The notes beneath the pieces are model-generated. The model was not told where the DNA came from. It did not search any database and was given only the letters and a program-made list of their open reading frames with translations. The position numbers and the translations under genes were made by a program. A stretch of 64,000 nt of DNA from a virus (Duplodnaviria; Caudoviricetes): IMG/VR virus record IMGVR_UViG_3300028591_003737, positions 96,001 to 160,000 of that record; one strand, 5' to 3'. Shown one piece after another: positions 50,425 to 60,584 of this stretch; positions within the stretch are counted from its first letter, which is position 1, and the number at the start of each line of letters is the position of its first letter.

Positions 50425-51084
50425 TTAACTCGCAATTTCTTTTGCTATTAAATCTTCTGCTAATACTTCTCCTGTTTCAATATCTACATTTTCTCCATTT
50501 TCTAATGATTGAACTTTTATAGTACTATTACTTTCAGATTTAGAAAGTGATTCAATAAATTCTTTAGAACCACGTACAATAACTGAACCATCTTCAAGAT
50601 TAGTTTCTTTAGGTTTCTCAGAGAATGTCTTTTCAGCATTATCCTGCATATCTTTAAATATTGCCTCAACACTTGCAACAATTTCATTTAATTGTTTCTG
50701 GATATCAAGCATTGATTTTTGAAGTGCTGTAAGAGATGTATAAAGAGCACCTTTACCAGCATTCATTGTAATATTTTGTATAAGAGTATCTTGGGCCTTT
50801 TCATTTACACTCTGCATTTTAAGGAGCATACGGATTTGGTCCATTTCTTGAGAAATCTTATTTGGAATATATGGATGTTCTTCAATATACTTTTGATCAA
50901 AATAATAATTAGAAAGACGTTCTGTTATTTGTTTAGCTTTATCTTTAGCTTGTCCTTCTACTTCATCTAAATCAATAACTAATGTTGGGGTTTCAAGAAC
51001 ATCATCAGGAGAATCATAAACAGGATTCTCTTCACTTCTTAAGAAAAGATCATTAAGAGCGTCTCTATCTTCATTTGTAACCAT
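50425..51084 (-). CDS. Late hypothetical protein, possibly terminase small subunit-like
   Basis: Helical core plus VRGSKEFI, weakly reminiscent of the gp16 C-terminal GS motif; late motif at 51104-51117. Confidence 0.35.
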   Translation of the reverse strand: MVTNEDRDALNDLFLRSEENPVYDSPDDVLETPTLVIDLDEVEGQAKDKAKQITERLSNYYFDQKYIEEHPYIPNKISQEMDQIRMLLKMQSVNEKAQDTLIQNITMNAGKGALYTSLTALQKSMLDIQKQLNEIVASVEAIFKDMQDNAEKTFSEKPKETNLEDGSVIVRGSKEFIESLSKSESNSTIKVQSLENGENVDIETGEVLAEDLIAKEIAS

Positions 51085-51176
51085 ATAACATTTAATATTT
51101 TTACAAATAAAAATAAAAAAATAAAGATAACTAATGTAAATTAGCTATCTTTTTATATAAAATATGTAAATTTTTC

Positions 51177-51359
51177 TTATGAAGTCATCAACTTTGAAAG
51201 AGATTCAATGTGATTTTTAAGATTTATTTTAGTATCAGGACAAACATCTTCAAGAAAAGGAGAACTCATTTCTTCAGGAGTAAGTTCAGTTTCAAGAACT
51301 GTTTTCATAACAGTCATATAAGCGAAATTCTCAAATCTTTTCTGTTTTGTATATGCCAT
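51177..51359 (-). CDS. Small hypothetical protein
   Basis: 60 aa with its own promoter motif TTGAAT-N16-TATATT (51383-51410) and terminator (51123-51152). Confidence 0.7.
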   Translation of the reverse strand: MAYTKQKRFENFAYMTVMKTVLETELTPEEMSSPFLEDVCPDTKINLKNHIESLSKLMTS

Positions 51360-51406
51360 ATTGTCTATTGTTTTACACTATTAATATAGTATTAAAACTA
51401 AATAAT

Positions 51407-51730
51407 TCAATACTTAGGATAAATATATAATATCATATTGTTTGTTTTACAAGGTTTTTCAACATCTAAATTTTCTTCAATCCATTTAGCAACTGGTTTA
51501 TATATCCATCTATGTTGTTTCTGTACTGATAAGAAAATATATTTCTTTGATTTACCTACGTTAATATATTCTTCATAATTATCAAATTTTACTAATCCAG
51601 AATATTTTTCAATAATATATTTTTTAATCTCTGAAATAAATTTATTGTTTATTTCATCAATATCATCTAATACTTCTGTTTCTTTATTTAAGTGAAGTTT
51701 TTCTAATATGTAATTATTGATATTAATCAT
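51407..51730 (-). CDS. Putative internal head protein (CTS-like leader)
   Basis: MININNYILEKLHLNK. Confidence 0.7.
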   Translation of the reverse strand: MININNYILEKLHLNKETEVLDDIDEINNKFISEIKKYIIEKYSGLVKFDNYEEYINVGKSKKYIFLSVQKQHRWIYKPVAKWIEENLDVEKPCKTNNMILYIYPKY

Positions 51731-51732
51731 TT

Positions 51733-52161
51733 TTATTTATATAATTTTTTATTACCATCAATATATTCATAATATTCATCATATAGTTCTCTACCTGATA
51801 AATGCATACTATCATTACCAAAAGTTATAGTTACTCTACTTCTATTAACTAACCATTCAATAATTCTTCTATGTTTTTTAATTAATAAAAATATATCACC
51901 ATCTCTTCTATTAATATCAGACATACTAAAACTATATTGGAAATAATTATTTAAAATATTAATAATTTCTTCATAATCTATTCTACCCCAATATATTTGT
52001 TTTTGAAATGTAGAATTTTCTTTATATATTTTATATATCATAATACATAAATATGTAGCAATGATAATATCTCTAACTTTATCAATATTATCAATTTCAG
52101 ATGATTCAAAATCTTTATTTAAATGTAATTTTTCAGATATATAATTATTAATGTTAATCAT
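51733..52161 (-). CDS. Putative internal head protein (CTS-like leader)
   Basis: MININNYISEKLHLNK. Confidence 0.7.
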   Translation of the reverse strand: MININNYISEKLHLNKDFESSEIDNIDKVRDIIIATYLCIMIYKIYKENSTFQKQIYWGRIDYEEIINILNNYFQYSFSMSDINRRDGDIFLLIKKHRRIIEWLVNRSRVTITFGNDSMHLSGRELYDEYYEYIDGNKKLYK

Positions 52162-52649
52162 TTTTCTTCTAATTCTTCTTTAATTTTTTTAATATCTGCT
52201 TTTGTATTTATTTTGGTATTTCCTGGATCATATCTAAATGATGAAAATAAAAAAAGTTTATTACGATTAATATAATCATCTATCATTTTAATTGCTTTAT
52301 CTACTTTCATTAATGCAGACCACTCACCATTCTTTTTATAAAATGCAAATGTATTTTGTATATGAGGACTTGAATGAGTATGATCTTCAAATGTATATTC
52401 TATCTCTCTGACTACTTTACCAGTTCTATAACTCTTTAAAATTATTGTTTCTTCATTTATTTCTTCTATAATACCAACAAATAATTTAACATATTTATAT
52501 GAAGTATTTGTTTTAGGAGAACTACATATCCCTAACACTTTATCTCCAACATGTATATTATATATATCACAATGTATAGAAGAAGTATTAGTATCTATAT
52601 TCTTATCTAAATGTAATTTTTCAAATATGTAGTTATATATCTGTTTCAT
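52158..52649 (-). CDS. Putative internal head protein (CTS-like leader)
   Basis: MKQIYNYIFEKLHLDK. Confidence 0.7.
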   Translation of the reverse strand: MKQIYNYIFEKLHLDKNIDTNTSSIHCDIYNIHVGDKVLGICSSPKTNTSYKYVKLFVGIIEEINEETIILKSYRTGKVVREIEYTFEDHTHSSPHIQNTFAFYKKNGEWSALMKVDKAIKMIDDYINRNKLFLFSSFRYDPGNTKINTKADIKKIKEELEEK

Positions 52650-53122
52650 TATTTCTTTTCAAATACTCTTAATAAAGGTTCAAGACCATTTTGTGCTGCT
52701 ATATCAATAAGGCATTCATCTTTTACATATATAAAATGATCTGCACCACCATCATCTACCCAAGTATATTCTGATTTAGCTCCTGAAATAGCAATATTTT
52801 TAAATTTTTTTAATATCTCATTATTTTCAGAATAAAATTCTTTTTGTTTCTTATTTACTTTCCAATCATCTAAATTATAATCTTGTGCATATACATTAAA
52901 ATCAATTACATCATTATCTTCAATCCATTTAAGTATTATTGAACTCATCTCATCTTTTCTAGTATTATCAGTAATTGTAAAATTCTTATAATGATTATCA
53001 TATTTATCAAATGATAATATACAAATAATTTTACCAAGAAGTTTTCCTTTTAATACATCACCACTTTCTAAATCTTTATTAAGATGGAGTTTTTCTAATA
53101 TATATGTACTTAAATTAATCAT
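52649..53122 (-). CDS. Putative internal head protein (CTS-like leader)
   Basis: MINLSTYILEKLHLNK. Confidence 0.7.
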   Translation of the reverse strand: MINLSTYILEKLHLNKDLESGDVLKGKLLGKIICILSFDKYDNHYKNFTITDNTRKDEMSSIILKWIEDNDVIDFNVYAQDYNLDDWKVNKKQKEFYSENNEILKKFKNIAISGAKSEYTWVDDGGADHFIYVKDECLIDIAAQNGLEPLLRVFEKK

Positions 53123-54186
53123 TTATTATCTGTTATTATTTTATTTATTCTTTCTTGGAATTCTTTAGATATTACAAATCCTCTTTTCTTTTCTTTATAA
53201 AATAACTTAATAAATAATTCTAATAATTGTTTATATACATTACCCTTTTGACGAATTGCTTTTTGTAATTCAGGAATAACTCTATCAACTTGTACAGCAT
53301 ATGTTTTAGAAGTATTAAGTCTAATTTTTGCACCAAGATTAATTAATTTATTAAATATCTTAGTATCACTCATCATATAAAAGAATGCTCTTTGTAATTT
53401 CTCTAACCAACTAACATCAACATTCCATTCTGGATCTTTTGCATTTTCAAGATAATCTACAAAAGTATTATATATCTTCTCATAAGTATCAGCATTCTTT
53501 TCTCTTTCTTCTTCATTTCCTTTATCTCTATCTTTCATACTCTGTCTATAAGTAGGATCAACTATTTTATATTCAGCAATCTTTTCACCAACTGGAAAGA
53601 AGAATACAATACCTTCAATATAATCATCAGCAGCAGATATAAGTTTATCTGGGAAATTCTTATAAGTATCAAACATTGAATGAACCCAATTAATAAATTC
53701 TTTCTTTTCTGGAACAATAGCACTTGAAAGAATATTTACGATACTGTCAATCTGTTCATCAGTAAGTTTACCCTCCCAAAGAGTAGGCATTACATCAGTA
53801 CCAAGTTCATCAGCTATTTCTTTAATCTTATCAGCAGACTGAATAAAATTATCATTCTTATCAATAATAGCAGTAAGAAGAAGTAAATTATCAATTACTT
53901 CAAATGTCAAAAACTTATAGTTTTTAAATACATCTACATGTTTTTCAACATGAGCGATAGCATCATTAACTGGTTTTGAGAATAATCTTGTATAGTCATC
54001 AATCTCTGGACCAACATGAGTTTCATCACCAGAACGACCATGATATTCTAATGAATCTGATTGTTCATTATAAAGAACTTGAAATGGTTTACCATCTACT
54101 TTAAGATTGATTTTAATACCATCAAGTTCAAGAAGTTTTTCACAAACTTCTGGTTTCTTTTTATATATATCAATAAAATGTTCCAT
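53119..54186 (-). CDS. ATP-dependent ligase/capping-enzyme fold nucleotidyltransferase (RNA ligase-like)
   Basis: Motif I KVDG, FE, motif IV EGIV, motif V YKIVDP. Confidence 0.6.
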   Translation of the reverse strand: MEHFIDIYKKKPEVCEKLLELDGIKINLKVDGKPFQVLYNEQSDSLEYHGRSGDETHVGPEIDDYTRLFSKPVNDAIAHVEKHVDVFKNYKFLTFEVIDNLLLLTAIIDKNDNFIQSADKIKEIADELGTDVMPTLWEGKLTDEQIDSIVNILSSAIVPEKKEFINWVHSMFDTYKNFPDKLISAADDYIEGIVFFFPVGEKIAEYKIVDPTYRQSMKDRDKGNEEEREKNADTYEKIYNTFVDYLENAKDPEWNVDVSWLEKLQRAFFYMMSDTKIFNKLINLGAKIRLNTSKTYAVQVDRVIPELQKAIRQKGNVYKQLLELFIKLFYKEKKRGFVISKEFQERINKIITDNK

Positions 54187-54200
54187 AATATATTATTTAA

Positions 54201-55103
54201 TTAATCTTTTACTTTACCATAACTTCCATCATCTTTATAATAAGTACATGGAAAATCTTCTTTTTCAACAGGAACTTCACATTTAGGATCATTTATATAT
54301 TCCATATAAAATCTCTTTTCAGTTCTTTCAAGAACTTCTTTACCCCAAGGCCATAAATCTGAATGAATTGCTTTCCAAAGTCCTTCTACAGTATTAAATA
54401 TCTTAGGATCAATATCATTAGTATCAAATATAAATCTCATTACATTCATAGGATCATTAGAAACAAGTTCTTTAAATTCTTGCTTAGCAGTACTTACATA
54501 TTGACCTTTCTTTCCAACATGATTAGCAAGATATTTGAATACACCTTCTTGATTAAATGTATATCTCCATTTTTTCTTTACATCTCCATTGTCAAAATAT
54601 TCATTCTGTGCATCTTTTACAGGAATACTTGATACAATATGTTGAATAAGATATACTTTAGGAGCAGCTTTATATTTACTTTCTCCTTTCTTAAAATCTG
54701 GACTTGAGAATCTCCATTTAGCCCAATCAATATTATCTGTAAACATAAAATCAACTTGAGCAACTCCTTTCTTTCCTTCTTTATCCCATTCATATCCAAT
54801 AGATACAATCTTAGGAGTAGTAAAAGGATTTAATTCTGATTCAGGAAATACTTCCTTAATCATATTCATAAGTTCTTCTCTATTATTTAAATCAATAGCG
54901 ATATCAATATCACCATTAAAATCATCATCTTTCTTTTTACCAATACTTCCAAGAGGAGCCATTTTTACACTACTTTTCCAAGCATGTACTTTATCTTCTA
55001 TTTCTTTATATATAAGAGGAGTTATATATGCAGGAATTGGTTGAGAAGAAACTGCATGTCCACTTTCTAACATTAAATTAATATATTCAATTATTGATTT
55101 CAT
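54201..55103 (-). CDS. Pol-beta superfamily nucleotidyltransferase with CTS-like leader
   Basis: LGSIGKK...GDIDIA...QVDFM; starts MKSIIEYINLMLE. Confidence 0.8.
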   Translation of the reverse strand: MKSIIEYINLMLESGHAVSSQPIPAYITPLIYKEIEDKVHAWKSSVKMAPLGSIGKKKDDDFNGDIDIAIDLNNREELMNMIKEVFPESELNPFTTPKIVSIGYEWDKEGKKGVAQVDFMFTDNIDWAKWRFSSPDFKKGESKYKAAPKVYLIQHIVSSIPVKDAQNEYFDNGDVKKKWRYTFNQEGVFKYLANHVGKKGQYVSTAKQEFKELVSNDPMNVMRFIFDTNDIDPKIFNTVEGLWKAIHSDLWPWGKEVLERTEKRFYMEYINDPKCEVPVEKEDFPCTYYKDDGSYGKVKD

Positions 55104-55105
55104 AA

Positions 55106-55420
55106 TTATTTATCTTCATCTTTATTTTGTAATGTTGATAATGAAACAAAATGTTTACAAAATTTAGTTAAATTTTTAAAATCTCTTTGCATTAATATTT
55201 TAAATCCTAAAATCATTAATGCTCCTCCTAATTGTATAGGATGCCAGATTTTTTTAGCTTCTATACCTTCTTTTTCTAAAAGATTACGTAATTTAATTTC
55301 ATCAATTTCTAATTCTTGAAGAAAATTAGAAAATATTTTATCTATATCTTTATTTTCTAAACTTTCAGAAATTAATAAATTATTTACTGGTTTATTTATA
55401 AATTCTTCTAATGATTTCAT
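55106..55420 (-). CDS. Hypothetical protein with CTS-like leader
   Basis: MKSLEEFINK...LISE. Confidence 0.65.
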   Translation of the reverse strand: MKSLEEFINKPVNNLLISESLENKDIDKIFSNFLQELEIDEIKLRNLLEKEGIEAKKIWHPIQLGGALMILGFKILMQRDFKNLTKFCKHFVSLSTLQNKDEDK

Positions 55421-56337
55421 TTTATATATTCTATAGCTTTATTTAATAATTGTGTAAATTCATCAACTAATGATTTATCAGTTTTCATTTTAAACTGCCA
55501 ATCTTCAAGATATGATTTCTTAATATTTTCCATCATTTCTTTACTTCTTCTTGGATATTTATCAGATACAAGATAATCAAGAAGAGATTCAAAAGAATTA
55601 CAATCACTTTGTTCTGATTCTTTACCAAGAATTAAATCAAGTATCTTTCTTACATTAGTAGTAACTTTTTCTTTTGAAACTGTTTTAGGTGAAGCAAGTG
55701 GTTTTGTTTTACCTTCAAATGATTTTTTAACTATCAATAATCCTTCTGCTTGTGATAATTGATATTTATAAAATTCTTTAACTTGTCCAGAATATTTACC
55801 ATTAAATTCATCAGTAAATTTAACTTCTTCTTTTCCTTCAACTGGAGTATTTGATACAACAGCCATTAAAAGATTAGACTGATACATTCCTTTATATTTT
55901 GATTCTCCTTTAGTAAAATCTGGTGAATTATAAGCAAATTTAGCAAATTCAACATCATTTACAAACATAAAATCAACTTGAACAATCTTTTCTGTTCCAT
56001 CTTCATCATATTTATATCCAATATTAAATACATGAAGACCTTCATTTATATTTCCAATTTCACTTCCAAATTGTTTCTTTACAAAATCAATAACTTTATC
56101 TTTATCTTCCCAAGGTAATTCAAGAGCAATATCAATATCTCCTGAAGTTTGTTCTTTAGATTTCTTACCTGTTGAACCAAGTGCTGAAGCTTTACATTTA
56201 AATTCTTTAGTAATAGAATTAATAATTTCATCTGCTACTACTTTAGCAAGATCACCACGAATAGGTGATGCATTTTCAACGGAATGTCCACCTTCAACTA
56301 TTAAAGATTCTTTTATATATTCAATTATTGATTTCAT
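55417..56337 (-). CDS. Pol-beta superfamily nucleotidyltransferase (paralog of 54201..55103) with CTS-like leader
   Basis: LGSTGKK...SGDIDIA...QVDFM...SPDF.KGESKYK shared with the paralog; starts MKSIIEYIKE. Confidence 0.8.
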   Translation of the reverse strand: MKSIIEYIKESLIVEGGHSVENASPIRGDLAKVVADEIINSITKEFKCKASALGSTGKKSKEQTSGDIDIALELPWEDKDKVIDFVKKQFGSEIGNINEGLHVFNIGYKYDEDGTEKIVQVDFMFVNDVEFAKFAYNSPDFTKGESKYKGMYQSNLLMAVVSNTPVEGKEEVKFTDEFNGKYSGQVKEFYKYQLSQAEGLLIVKKSFEGKTKPLASPKTVSKEKVTTNVRKILDLILGKESEQSDCNSFESLLDYLVSDKYPRRSKEMMENIKKSYLEDWQFKMKTDKSLVDEFTQLLNKAIEYIK

Positions 56338-56338
56338 A

Positions 56339-57154
56339 TTAATAAATTTCTTTATTTACTTCTTCTTCTATTCTATTAATAAAATCTGAACATCTTTTTA
56401 TAAATTTATCATCTCCATCATAATATTGTTTATTCTCTTCTAATCCTTTTTTTGCTCCTTTTATAAAAGAACTTAAAACATTTCCAAAGAATTCTACTCC
56501 CCATTCACCAATCCAAGATTTACCATAATTTTCAATATCTTGTAATCTTGTTTTTGATTCATTAACTATATATTCATTAATTGATTTCATATTATTATTT
56601 TGTATATATTTCAATATATTGCTTTCTTTAATTGATGATATTTGTTTTTTAAATTCAGAGAATAAATCATGAGCTTCTTTAGGCATTAATTCTTTAAATT
56701 TTTCTTCATCATCATTTTTTATTGCTTCTCTAACATCTGTTGCTGAACCATATCTTTTAGTAATATAAAATTCTGGTTCATCTATTCCAAGTTCATCTTT
56801 AATAGATTTACCTTTCATTAATTTTTTATATCCATCAATTCTATCTTCACCAGCAAGCCAAAGAACTGGTTCATATCCATTTTCAATACATACTCTACAT
56901 ATTGTCATTGGCATTGGTCTTCTTATCCAATTAATTCCTTCAATATATTCATATTTATCTACAAGACGTTCAAGTTCTTTCTTTGTCAATTCATCATCAA
57001 ATGGTTTTCTTGAATCAAACTTTTCATTATGAATATACATAATATAAACTGGAAGACCATTCTTTTTGAATGCATCTTCACAAGCTTTCAAGTGACCATT
57101 ATGAAATGGTTGAAAACGACCTGGGAATATATTTACTTTTTTAAGTTCTGACAT
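56339..57154 (-). CDS. HxGH cytidylyl/adenylyltransferase family protein (NadM/NMNAT-like fold)
   Basis: GRFQPFHNGH, AGEDR, SATDVREAI. Confidence 0.85.
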   Translation of the reverse strand: MSELKKVNIFPGRFQPFHNGHLKACEDAFKKNGLPVYIMYIHNEKFDSRKPFDDELTKKELERLVDKYEYIEGINWIRRPMPMTICRVCIENGYEPVLWLAGEDRIDGYKKLMKGKSIKDELGIDEPEFYITKRYGSATDVREAIKNDDEEKFKELMPKEAHDLFSEFKKQISSIKESNILKYIQNNNMKSINEYIVNESKTRLQDIENYGKSWIGEWGVEFFGNVLSSFIKGAKKGLEENKQYYDGDDKFIKRCSDFINRIEEEVNKEIY

Positions 57155-57163
57155 AATATTTAT

Positions 57164-59059
57164 TTATTTTTTTACAAAACCAATTGTTCCATGTCCATTC
57201 CAATCTGATGGACCACAACCAGCAATATCAAATTTAAATACTTGTTTATTTAATGGATATAATTTCAAAATAATATCTAATTTTTTATCTTCTTTGTTCC
57301 ATTTTATTTCAGTATCTATTTGATTAGATTCTAAATAATTATTTAATAAAATAGATAATATATTAGAAGTATCATTTTCATTATTTATTTCATTTGAATA
57401 TAAATTATTTAATTCATCTACACATCTAATAATTAATGGGTACATAATTTTTGAATAATTTTCTTGATAAACTTTATTCTTTCCTCCACTTTTAATATAA
57501 TAATCAGTATTTTTTATATCCTTTTCAGAACTTAATCCATCCCAAGATATAAAATTCCAATCCATATTACCTTTTATTTTTGTTTTATTACTTATACCAA
57601 TTAAAATATCTTTTATCTCATCTTTATTTTTATAATTATCTATTAAATATAATGCTCTATCTTTTTCTGGATAATCCCAATTATCTTTTTTTAATTGTAA
57701 AATATTACATAATTTTTTAAAATTCTCATCATCTTCAAATAATGACCAAGATAATTTCCATATATTTCTATTTTGATCAGTTTTTGCTAAACCGCTTCCA
57801 TCTTTTTTTAATTTATAAAATATTTTCATTCTTTCAAGAAATTCATCAATTTCTTGTTTAGTAATATTAAATGAATCAGCTATTTGATAAATATTATTTA
57901 AAATATCTTTATCTTTATTATCAATTTCTTTAAAAATATTTATCATTATAGAAGAAATACTTGGTCTATGTCCATTTTTAGAATCTTTACTTTTAATAGA
58001 AATACCTATTCCATTAAAATATAAATCATTTAAAAATTCACTACCATTATCTGGCCAATATAATGAATTTCTATCTTCTTTTTTACAATATTTATATAAT
58101 AACAATCCTGCTAATACTTCTCCAAATCCTACTTCTAATGAATTTCTATCTTGTGGAGATAATGTATTATAAATATTATTATACTTTTCTGTTAAATTAA
58201 TTGTATGTTTTATTTCTAAATTATTTTTTGATAATTTAGATAAAATATCTTTATCAATTATATAATTACTAATATTAGAATTTAAAATTTCTTTTGATAT
58301 ATATGATATAAAATCTGAATATATACCATCTTCTATAGTTATATTTTTCTTTGAGTTATTTGTAATTAATGATAATATTCTTTCTATATCTTTATTATTT
58401 TGTAAATTAAATCCATCTTCAATCGAATTTGAAGTTAATCCTAATGCTTTTGGTTGTACTGATTCTGTTTTTATAAGAATTCTTTCTCCTTTACCATTTG
58501 AATCTGTATTACAAATATAAAATTCTTTATCTTTCCAAGTAACTTTTACACTAAGGAAACTTCTAGAAGATTTTTCTCTATTTATTTTTGGTTCATCTAC
58601 TTTAAAATCATCCATTCCAACAATATTACCTCCCAAAATTTTTTCAATATTTTCTTTAAAAGTTGATGAATGACCAAATTCTCCTCTTATATATTCTTCA
58701 GGATATTTTCCAGAATTCCAACCTTTAACTATATTTGGCCCAGTTTTTATATAAAAAGATACATTTCTTTTTCCTAAAATATTTAAATATGTTTTTAATG
58801 AATTAGCATTTGAAGTACAAATAACTTTTGAACCCTTTTTATAAATTGGTTCATTATTATCATTAAATCCTTCTATAGGAAATTTAGTATTATAAATAGA
58901 ATATTTTTGATCTTTAGAAGGAAATAAATAATCATATAAAGAAATATTATATTTTGACATAATACTTCTCATAGCATCATATTTATTTTTTGATGTTTCT
59001 TCTATGTCTTCAAAAATATTTATAATATTTTCATTAATATATTCTATAATACTTTTCAT
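57164..59059 (-). CDS. Large CTS-leader protein with putative PD-(D/E)xK nuclease-like motif
   Basis: Likely start MKSIIEYINE at 59059; FGEVLA...WP...NDLYFNGIGISIKSK. Confidence 0.55.
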   Translation of the reverse strand: MKSIIEYINENIINIFEDIEETSKNKYDAMRSIMSKYNISLYDYLFPSKDQKYSIYNTKFPIEGFNDNNEPIYKKGSKVICTSNANSLKTYLNILGKRNVSFYIKTGPNIVKGWNSGKYPEEYIRGEFGHSSTFKENIEKILGGNIVGMDDFKVDEPKINREKSSRSFLSVKVTWKDKEFYICNTDSNGKGERILIKTESVQPKALGLTSNSIEDGFNLQNNKDIERILSLITNNSKKNITIEDGIYSDFISYISKEILNSNISNYIIDKDILSKLSKNNLEIKHTINLTEKYNNIYNTLSPQDRNSLEVGFGEVLAGLLLYKYCKKEDRNSLYWPDNGSEFLNDLYFNGIGISIKSKDSKNGHRPSISSIMINIFKEIDNKDKDILNNIYQIADSFNITKQEIDEFLERMKIFYKLKKDGSGLAKTDQNRNIWKLSWSLFEDDENFKKLCNILQLKKDNWDYPEKDRALYLIDNYKNKDEIKDILIGISNKTKIKGNMDWNFISWDGLSSEKDIKNTDYYIKSGGKNKVYQENYSKIMYPLIIRCVDELNNLYSNEINNENDTSNILSILLNNYLESNQIDTEIKWNKEDKKLDIILKLYPLNKQVFKFDIAGCGPSDWNGHGTIGFVKK

Positions 59060-59063
59060 AATT

Positions 59064-59534
59064 CTATACTTTTTTATCTTCTTTAACTGGAATTGGTGGA
59101 ATTGGTACAATATTCAATGCAGGAACATTTACTTGTACACCCCTTATGTCTTCCATATTCTTTGGTGGATTTGATTCTCCAAAATTTTCTTTATAATATT
59201 TATCCAAATCAATACTATCTTTTGGAATATATGGAATTGGAACAATTGTCAAAAGAGGAACTTTAAGTTGTGTTGTCTTTCCATTAGCATCAGTAAATTT
59301 TATTTTACCGTCAGATTCAACAATATTTGGATGATCAAACTTAGGATATTCTTTAATTAAATCTTCAAGAAAATCTTTAGTAAATACTCCAGGTAATTGT
59401 TCTAATTTTTGAACATGATTATTCATTAATTCATCAACAGTCATATCTGCCGCATCAACTACTCTTACGGTGTTTGGTAATATAAACTTACCAATTTTTT
59501 CTCTAAGCTTATTAAACATATTTAATTTATTCAT
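59064..59534 (-). CDS. Hypothetical Pro-rich protein
   Basis: 156 aa, duplicated VP.L.IVPIP motif. Confidence 0.7.
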   Translation of the reverse strand: MNKLNMFNKLREKIGKFILPNTVRVVDAADMTVDELMNNHVQKLEQLPGVFTKDFLEDLIKEYPKFDHPNIVESDGKIKFTDANGKTTQLKVPLLTIVPIPYIPKDSIDLDKYYKENFGESNPPKNMEDIRGVQVNVPALNIVPIPPIPVKEDKKV

Positions 59535-59553
59535 TATCTTTTAAAATTTTATA

Positions 59554-60195
59554 TTAATCTTTCCATGCTTGAATAACCTTCAAATTATCTAATTGAAGTC
59601 CACGAGCATATTGTATATTTTTGGTATCATCATCAACAAAGATGACTTTATCATATTTTGAGCAAAGATCTTTAAGAACATTTGCTTTCTTTTCTGCATC
59701 AGATTTTCCAGGATAATCTTTGAATTCATCATTGATAGCATGAGAAAGTGTTTCTTTAAATATATCTTCTAATTCTTTAAGATTACCTTCATCATCTTTA
59801 TATCTTAAGAAATCACGAAGTGCTTTTTTAACGGCTTCTTCACAACCTCTAGCAGTTAAGAAACAGAAATGATAACCAGCTTTAATATAAGAATCCATAA
59901 TCTTAAGATTCTTTATAAGTGGTGTTCCTTCAATAATTGAATTATATACTTTTACTTCATCACGAAAATCTCTAAAGTCAAACCAATCTCTATGATTAGC
60001 AATATCTGGATCAACAGCAAATTCTTCTGTTGTTAATGCTATTTCTTTTTTAGTAGTAGGATCTTTTTTATAAATCTTTATACTATCTGGTTTTACTTTA
60101 AGAAGAGTATCATCTATATCAAAAACAATCAAGCCACTCACTGATTTAGGAAGTGGTTTGATTGCCTCATATATATATTCTATAATGCTTTTCAT
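59554..60195 (-). CDS. HAD-superfamily phosphatase with CTS-like leader
   Basis: FDIDDTL, LTARG, K, FVDDD; likely start MKSIIEYIYE at 60195; late motif at 60222-60235. Confidence 0.85.
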   Translation of the reverse strand: MKSIIEYIYEAIKPLPKSVSGLIVFDIDDTLLKVKPDSIKIYKKDPTTKKEIALTTEEFAVDPDIANHRDWFDFRDFRDEVKVYNSIIEGTPLIKNLKIMDSYIKAGYHFCFLTARGCEEAVKKALRDFLRYKDDEGNLKELEDIFKETLSHAINDEFKDYPGKSDAEKKANVLKDLCSKYDKVIFVDDDTKNIQYARGLQLDNLKVIQAWKD

Positions 60196-60239
60196 TTTTA
60201 TATAATTAATATGATTTAATATATATAAAAATAAAATCT

Positions 60240-60584
60240 TTATTCCCAATAATTTTTAGGATTTAAACAATTATCTCCAAAAGTGCCGCATAAATCCTTT
60301 CTACCATCAACATAATGCCATATATCAAGAGCAATATCTTTAGTAGTTTTTATTTCTTCATTTAAAACAAATCTAAGATTTAAATCAGTATTTATTTCAT
60401 CTAATAATTTTTGATTAAAAATTTTAATAATCCAATAAAGATGTTCTATATGATTAAAATTACCTTGTTCATCTTCTATTCTTTTATAACAATCAGATAT
60501 TTCATAATCTAAATGAAATTTAATTACTTCATCATCTTTAATATTCATTAAATCTTCAATATGTTCTAATTCTTTTACTCGCAT
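60240..60584 (-). CDS. Hypothetical protein
   Basis: 114 aa, no CTS-like leader. Confidence 0.7.
   Translation of the reverse strand: MRVKELEHIEDLMNIKDDEVIKFHLDYEISDCYKRIEDEQGNFNHIEHLYWIIKIFNQKLLDEINTDLNLRFVLNEEIKTTKDIALDIWHYVDGRKDLCGTFGDNCLNPKNYWE

Noticed and set aside
53119-54186. Counting the ligase-like ORF (and 59064..59534) as leader-bearing
   Set aside because: The N-termini MEHFIDIYKK and MNKLNMFNKL do not fit the aromatic-7/I-8/E-10 pattern.
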